From a virus: a DNA stretch of 5,940 bases. Each line of letters starts with the position of its first letter. The stretch's first letter is position 1. The stretch is taken from positions 1-5,940 of the IMG/VR virus record IMGVR_UViG_3300020030_000116, one strand, 5' to 3'. A program made the position numbers and the translations under genes. The notes beneath the pieces are model-generated. The model did no database searches. It saw only the letters and a list, made by a program, of their open reading frames with translations, and was not told where the DNA came from. Shown one piece after another: positions 1-3,485 of this stretch.

Positions 1-121
1 CCACCGTTCAAAGCGAGATCGATCCAACGTTGAATATGCGACATGGCGGAAATGTTACGCATCGAAATCGTCTTGTTATCCGCTTCCAAGTCGACTTTAA
101 TTTCAGCATCGACATAGCCGG
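1..121. repeat. Terminal redundancy, copy A; identical to 5820-5940, marking a circular genome of 5,819 nt
   Basis: Base-by-base comparison shows 1-121 (ccaccgttcaaagcgag...gacatagccgg) equals 5820-5940 with no mismatch. The repeat lies inside one continuous ORF (VP1). Confidence 0.97.
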
Positions 122-887
122 AGGTCTTCAACCACGATTCGAGATAATACGGAGGTAAGCAACGCTGGAAAATCGAAGAACGAGAATTCAGCCAAGCCCA
201 AGAACCGAGATACTTCGACTCTACAAAACTCGTAAGAGCGACAACAGGATCGGCGGCGGTCTTCACGGCACGGAGAAGAGCCTCTATGTCGGAAACAAGA
301 AAAGATGTCTGGGTAGCGCCTTCGCCATCTTCAGCGAGATTCCAGGCGGCCGTAGGGATCGAATCAATCTGCTGATTGATATAATAATTATACACAACGT
401 CAAGATAGCCAAGCATCTTGATCATGTTGAAAGACGGTGGAGCGGAAACTTTTCCAAAAGGAATTCCAAAACCAACGGGGAACCCCATATAATCAGCCAA
501 TGAGCCGGGAGTAGTAAGAGATTCAGCCGCGGTTATGAGATGTTCAGGGGTAGAAAAATCGATGGAAGCAGGCGCCAATCCCGCGGCAAGAGCAGGATAC
601 TTAACCGAATCGGGGTCATCCGTAGTGCCGGTAAAATCCAAAAGCAGGTTCGAGTTATAAAGGCGCGTAGGAATAAAAAAATACTCGAAACAAATCTTGA
701 ATCCGTTAATAAGAGGGGCATTCATCGGAAACGCCTGAACGAATGCAGAAGGAGAAAAGCGAAGTTTATCACCAGCGACTATGGGGATAAACGAGATAGG
801 AATGAGATTACCCGGGGCAAGCGTAGTAGGGGAGACGTGCGAAAGATTCACATTTGACTTACGATTGCGCTTGCGGGTTAAAAACAT
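1..887 (-). CDS. VP1: Major capsid protein VP1 (F-like), N-terminal part. It runs off the left edge and continues at 5819 on the circle.
   Basis: My translation from the ATG at 887-885 to position 1 has no stop codon. It begins MFLTRKRNRKSNVNLSHVSPTTLAPGNLIPISFIPIVAGDKLRF...FFIPTRLYN...GSLADYMGFP. It is in frame with ORF 4997..5908 through the junction (887-89 = 798 nt = 266 codons), giving 569 aa in total. The GxLIPI...GD, FFxPxRL and LxDY(M/L)GxP pattern is typical of microvirus F/VP1 N-termini. Confidence 0.93.
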   Translation of the reverse strand, partial: MFLTRKRNRKSNVNLSHVSPTTLAPGNLIPISFIPIVAGDKLRFSPSAFVQAFPMNAPLINGFKICFEYFFIPTRLYNSNLLLDFTGTTDDPDSVKYPALAAGLAPASIDFSTPEHLITAAESLTTPGSLADYMGFPVGFGIPFGKVSAPPSFNMIKMLGYLDVVYNYYINQQIDSIPTAAWNLAEDGEGATQTSFLVSDIEALLRAVKTAADPVVALTSFVESKYLGSWAWLNSRSSIFQRCLPPYYLESWLKTSGYVDAEIKVDLEADNKTISMRNISAMSHIQRWIDLALNG

Positions 888-1849
888 TAAGGCCATAATA
901 GACAGTTATAAATTTGTTGTTGCTGTTGAAAAGTGAAATCCGGGAACGGATAGCGCTTCTTCACGAAATCACGAAGAATGCCCGGAATAAGAGAATCGTT
1001 ACGACATCGAATTTCATTAGGTGAAAAACAAGCGGTTTTCCAATACCGCGGAATCGAATAACGATAGTTATTAATAAAATGACAGAACCAAGAAGATGCA
1101 CTTTTAAGCATATTTTTGCGCATAATCTTAATATCTTCCTTCGAGAGACGGCCGAAGCCGTGCGAAACAATCAACTTACCATTTTTACGGGCATCAACGT
1201 CCGAAATATACTGATGTGCAGCGCAGTCTTTGGTTATATACTTAAGGACATAGCGAACACCGGATTCAGATTCAAGCGGATCGACTTCCGCCTTTCCCAT
1301 ACCGGTATACCAGCCTTTTGCCTCATCAACCACATCGCCTTGCCAAAGATCGCGGACCTGCCACCAATAAAGAGGGCAACCGAAAAGAATAGCGTGATAG
1401 TGCATGCGATGAGTAGAAACACGGCCACGTTTAGCGGCAGTCTTACCATCGGCAAATTCGACAACGAACAAGTAGGGAAACTTAACCTTACGATAACGGT
1501 AACGTTTAGTAATCGGATCCTTCTCACGAAAGCGAGGATGTTTGCGAAGCCGATCTAAAAACTGCCGAATAGGGATATAGGGTTTTTCCTTGGCTTGCTC
1601 ATAAACAGAAGGCTTCAGGGTGAAAGTACAAAACAAGCACTGATCTGGCCGTAAGGCCATACGCTTCATAAGATGATGTGCGCGGGAAAACCATTGCTGT
1701 TGGCGACGCTTCAGACAATCGTCGCAATGTCCACAAGGGACGCGAAGTCTATAATCGTCACGACCAGAATAGACATGAACGGGATTTCCAGTAATTCGCG
1801 CATACTTAAGATAGCGGGGATTTGTAATGGTAAGTTGATTGTTACACAT
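887..1849 (-). CDS. VP4: Replication initiation protein VP4 (rolling-circle HUH endonuclease, Microviridae type)
   Basis: 320-aa ORF with rolling-circle Rep motifs. Motif 1 is FCTFTL (aa 73-78). Motif 2 is the HUH-type HYHAILF (aa 150-156, nt 1382-1402). Motif 3 is YVLKYITK with the catalytic Tyr (aa 200-207). An N-terminal Cys cluster PCGHCDDC (aa 38-45) is common in microvirus VP4. Confidence 0.95.
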   Translation of the reverse strand: MCNNQLTITNPRYLKYARITGNPVHVYSGRDDYRLRVPCGHCDDCLKRRQQQWFSRAHHLMKRMALRPDQCLFCTFTLKPSVYEQAKEKPYIPIRQFLDRLRKHPRFREKDPITKRYRYRKVKFPYLFVVEFADGKTAAKRGRVSTHRMHYHAILFGCPLYWWQVRDLWQGDVVDEAKGWYTGMGKAEVDPLESESGVRYVLKYITKDCAAHQYISDVDARKNGKLIVSHGFGRLSKEDIKIMRKNMLKSASSWFCHFINNYRYSIPRYWKTACFSPNEIRCRNDSLIPGILRDFVKKRYPFPDFTFQQQQQIYNCLLWP

Positions 1850-1857
1850 GATTAAAA

Positions 1858-2451
1858 TTAAAGATGACTACCGCCGAGGGGAACTGTTTTTGTGCCTTTG
1901 GGACGACCTTTTCGGCCGCCGCGACGGCGAGATCGCTTCACGAACGCGATCGGTAAGAATAGTGCTAAACATTTTTCCCCAAAGATGCGACATATAGGCC
2001 TCGACGAATATTGCGGAACCGTCGCCAAAGAGAAGGGGGTCAGTGTGGTAAAAGAAGTTAACTTCGTGATGCTGGAAGGACTTAAGAATCTGCTGTAACT
2101 TGACCATCGAAAGGTTGGTAGGAGAAAATCGCCACTGCATACAACCATGGTCGGAAATATAGTCGTCACAGATTCGATAGAGTTCCCGAACACAGGTATA
2201 GACGGGAAGAATTTCGGGGTCGAATGAACTTGAAAGTTCGTCGAAAACTTTTCCTGACATTGGGCGAAAGTTTGAAAATTACGTGAACGGATTTTGAATT
2301 GGTATTCCACAGTGTCATGATGAACGCCACGGCGGAGAATAGAGCCAGCCGAGACGCACGACGTGAGGAAGAAAGCGGAGAAAGCAGCCACAATGGATGC
2401 AACCAAAGTCCAAAACTTTTTGGACTTCAGCAAAGCGGGACATTTAGACAT
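1858..2451 (-). CDS. Hypothetical 197-aa protein with a lipoprotein-type signal peptide at the N-terminus and a strongly basic C-terminal tail. The middle overlaps the 130-aa ORF.
   Basis: It is the first ATG ORF downstream of the candidate promoter. The N-terminus MSKCPALLKSKKFWTLVASIVAAFSAFFLTS|C has a Lys-rich n-region, a 15-aa hydrophobic core and the lipobox L-T-S-C (Cys32, nt 2356-2358). Phage-typical codons occur in the unique 5' part (2261-2451) and in the tail (KRSRRRGGRKGRPKGTKTVPLGGSHL). The S/T/P/F-rich middle looks overprinted. The frame stays open for 197 codons. Confidence 0.5.
   Translation of the reverse strand: MSKCPALLKSKKFWTLVASIVAAFSAFFLTSCVSAGSILRRGVHHDTVEYQFKIRSRNFQTFAQCQEKFSTNFQVHSTPKFFPSIPVFGNSIESVTTIFPTMVVCSGDFLLPTFRWSSYSRFLSPSSITKLTSFTTLTPFSLATVPQYSSRPICRIFGEKCLALFLPIAFVKRSRRRGGRKGRPKGTKTVPLGGSHL
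1868..2260 (-). CDS. Hypothetical 130-aa protein, nested inside ORF 1858..2451 in another frame
   Basis: The ATG-initiated ORF has a balanced, globular-looking composition (MSGKVFDELSSSFDPEILPVYTCVRELYRICDDYISDHG...). Codons in its central part match the phage preference (CGT/CGC, GGT/GGC, TCG/TCT). Its last 20 or so codons switch to rare CGG/AGG. I recognise no family. Confidence 0.6.
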   Translation of the reverse strand: MSGKVFDELSSSFDPEILPVYTCVRELYRICDDYISDHGCMQWRFSPTNLSMVKLQQILKSFQHHEVNFFYHTDPLLFGDGSAIFVEAYMSHLWGKMFSTILTDRVREAISPSRRPKRSSQRHKNSSPRR

Positions 2452-2510
2452 TGAACATAATTTGAATATGAAACTTTACAGATGTAATATAAAGTTCCGA
2501 TAATGACCAG

Positions 2511-2532
2511 TTTACAGCGTTAGAACTGTAAA
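2511..2532. repeat. AT-rich inverted repeat (hairpin) in the leader region
   Basis: tttacag (2511-2517), loop cgttagaa, then ctgtaaa (2526-2532), a 7-bp perfect stem. It lies between the candidate promoters and the first ATG at 2451. Confidence 0.5.
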
Positions 2533-2550
2533 TTTAACATAATGAATAGT

Positions 2551-2559
2551 ATTATATCA
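2551..2559 (-). promoter_or_regulatory. Candidate sigma70-type extended -10 element (TGATATAAT) on the gene strand
   Basis: The minus strand reads TGATATAAT, a perfect TGnTATAAT, about 90 nt upstream of the ATG at 2451. I found no convincing -35 element. Confidence 0.3.
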
Positions 2560-2636
2560 CCAAAATCGGAACAGTAGGAGAGGGAAACAAGAGGGGGCAA
2601 GACGTCAAAGAACGGAGGAAATAGCAGAAAACTGCA

Positions 2637-2669
2637 CAAATGTAAAAAACTTTTTTTTACAAATGCAAA
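2637..2669 (-). promoter_or_regulatory. Candidate Bacteroidota-type promoter (TTTG-N21-TACATTTG) driving the whole minus-strand gene set
   Basis: The minus strand has TTTG at 2669-2666, a 21-nt spacer, then TACATTTG at 2644-2637. This matches the Bacteroides -33 TTTG / -7 TAnnTTTG consensus. It sits in an AT-rich tract immediately upstream of the gene array. Confidence 0.4.
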
Positions 2670-2755
2670 TTTTTCGGGATATATTTTTCAGATTTCTTGC
2701 GACGCTGCACGAGCGGTCCGCCACAAGGGCGCGATGGTGATAGACACAGTAGGGT

Positions 2756-2780
2756 CGAGAGGGGACCCCGGCCAACCTCG
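2756..2780 (+). repeat. Direct repeat copy 1 (25 nt)
   Basis: cgagaggggaccccggccaacctcg. It matches copy 2 apart from one extra c in the C-run. Confidence 0.92.
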
Positions 2781-2814
2781 TACATCAGAGCATACGAGAT
2801 GCGTAGGTAGATTC

Positions 2815-2838
2815 CGAGAGGGGACCCGGCCAACCTCG
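2815..2838 (+). repeat. Direct repeat copy 2 (24 nt), 59 nt downstream of copy 1
   Basis: cgagaggggacccggccaacctcg. The 34-nt spacer 2781-2814 is unique sequence. Confidence 0.92.
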
Positions 2839-2918
2839 CAGACATGACCGGCAATCACGCGTACGCACACGAAGCGCGCGCGCACGCAGATAGCCGACAG
2901 ACCTGCAAGGCAATTTGT

Positions 2919-2934
2919 CCCGGTTCCCTCTCGG
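2919..2934 (-). repeat. Inverted partial copy of the 5' half of the direct repeat
   Basis: The reverse complement of cccggttccctctcgg is ccgagagggaaccggg, compared with ccgagaggggacccgg at 2814-2829. This allows 13 consecutive pairs (12 Watson-Crick plus one G-T/U) with either repeat copy. Confidence 0.7.
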
Positions 2935-3310
2935 GCTCTCCCTCCGAAAGGTATGCCTTCGGCATGATTTATTTGATATTTACTTTACAGCAAAAACCGA
3001 TATGGAGCCACGCCAGGGAGGGCGTTTCCACATCTGGCATATGTTGACGAGGGAGATGCCTTTTTGCAACCTATGCGCTTCGAAAGACGGTACTTTCGAG
3101 CGCGAGAACTGCGCGCCTAAACGGCCTGCGCGGTTTCGGGGCCTCGATCTCGCGTCCGCGATATCTTCGGCGCCGGAAACCATTACTCGGCCGTTCTTAA
3201 CGGCAGCGCGGATGTATATACTGGCAAAGCCAGTGAGTTTGTGGACAAAATGAACAGCAAAACGCGCGAGCTGTGCTCCGATCGGGACACAGCTGTGCAA
3301 TTTCAGAAGA

Positions 3311-3346
3311 CAAAACAAACAAAAACCCCGGTCTCAAAGGGCCGGG
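3311..3346 (-). terminator. Candidate intrinsic terminator closing the minus-strand transcription unit
   Basis: The minus strand has a stem cccgg (3346-3342) / ccggg (3331-3327) with a 10-nt loop, followed immediately by GTTTTTGTTTGTTTTG (3326-3311). It starts 8 nt after the stop of the last small ORF. The stem is only 5 GC pairs, so its strength is uncertain. Confidence 0.5.
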
Positions 3347-3353
3347 ATTCGAA

Positions 3354-3470
3354 TCAATGGCGGTTAAGCCAACGGATAATAGCGCGGATCAGAAACAGAA
3401 GCGGAACAAGAAAGAAAACCAAGATGGCTAAAACAATAATTTGGCCATAACCAATCACAAGAAATTGCAT
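3354..3470 (-). CDS. 38-aa single-pass membrane peptide (not in the supplied ORF track)
   Basis: The ATG at 3470 lies 15 nt after the VP2 stop. The product is MQFLVIGYGQIIVLAILVFFLVPLLFLIRAIIRWLNRH, ending at TGA 3356-3354. It has a hydrophobic core of about 25 aa followed by a basic C-terminus. Its codons (CGC, CGT, GGT, GGC, CTT, GTT) match the phage genes. The candidate terminator follows it directly. Confidence 0.45.
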   Translation of the reverse strand: MQFLVIGYGQIIVLAILVFFLVPLLFLIRAIIRWLNRH

Positions 3471-3485
3471 ACAACAAAAGTTTAG

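Larger units (their letters stand above)
2697..3300. other. GC-rich, hairpin-dense block without a convincing ORF. It may be a structured ncRNA, an ssDNA element or an insertion; its nature is unknown.
   Basis: My hand count gives 344 G+C in 2701-3300 (57%). The adjacent leader 2461-2520 is about 30%, and spot-checked 60-nt coding lines range from 35 to 57%. Only short, mutually overlapping ORFs occur on either strand. There are at least 8 local hairpins: 2701-2718, 2719-2731, 2944-2962 or 2953-2965, 2999-3034, 3075-3103 or 3100-3116, 3190-3204 and 3269-3294. Confidence 0.8.

Noticed and set aside
540-1558. Plus-strand ORFs 540..857 and 1079..1558, antisense to VP1 and VP4
   Set aside because: These are shadow ORFs opposite well-supported genes. 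Their composition is atypical (Arg/Lys/Ile runs), and they have no start context or motifs.
2783-2788. CUGAUG on the minus strand, resembling the hammerhead core CUGAUGA
   Set aside because: The next base is U rather than A. There is no appropriately placed GAAA box and no three-helix junction.
2756-2838. Possible mini-CRISPR array (two 24/25-nt repeats with a 34-nt spacer)
   Set aside because: There are only two copies. The repeats are short and differ by an indel. There is no AT-rich leader-like sequence or cas gene, and a third related segment is inverted rather than direct. An RNA/ssDNA pairing element or iteron explains it better.
2973-2980. TTGATATT, identical to the core of the phiX174 gene A nicking site (CTTG/ATATTAAT, recalled from memory)
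   Set aside because: It is only an AT-rich 8-mer, with an expected chance occurrence of about 0.2 per genome over both strands. It also lies on the strand opposite the genes, whereas microvirus Rep nicks the viral, mRNA-sense strand.
2473-2990. Recurring actttacag 9-mer (2473-2481 and 2982-2990) and gtttacag (2510-2517)
   Set aside because: Dozens of exact 9-mer repeats are expected by chance in a 5.8-kb sequence. Only the local hairpin 2511-2532 is retained as a feature.
3344-3356. tRNA T-loop-like GGGATTCGAATC
   Set aside because: The flanks do not form a T-stem, acceptor stem or anticodon arm on either strand. The segment is the 10-bp palindrome gattcgaatc next to the terminator stem.
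2657-3450. Other small ORFs in or beside the GC-rich block (2657..2854 -, 2688..2885 -, 2844..3047 +, 3241..3450 +)
   Set aside because: They are 65-69 aa, mutually overlapping, and run through the direct repeats in different frames. ORF 3241..3450 is antisense to the terminator and the 38-aa ORF. This is the open-frame noise expected in GC-rich DNA.
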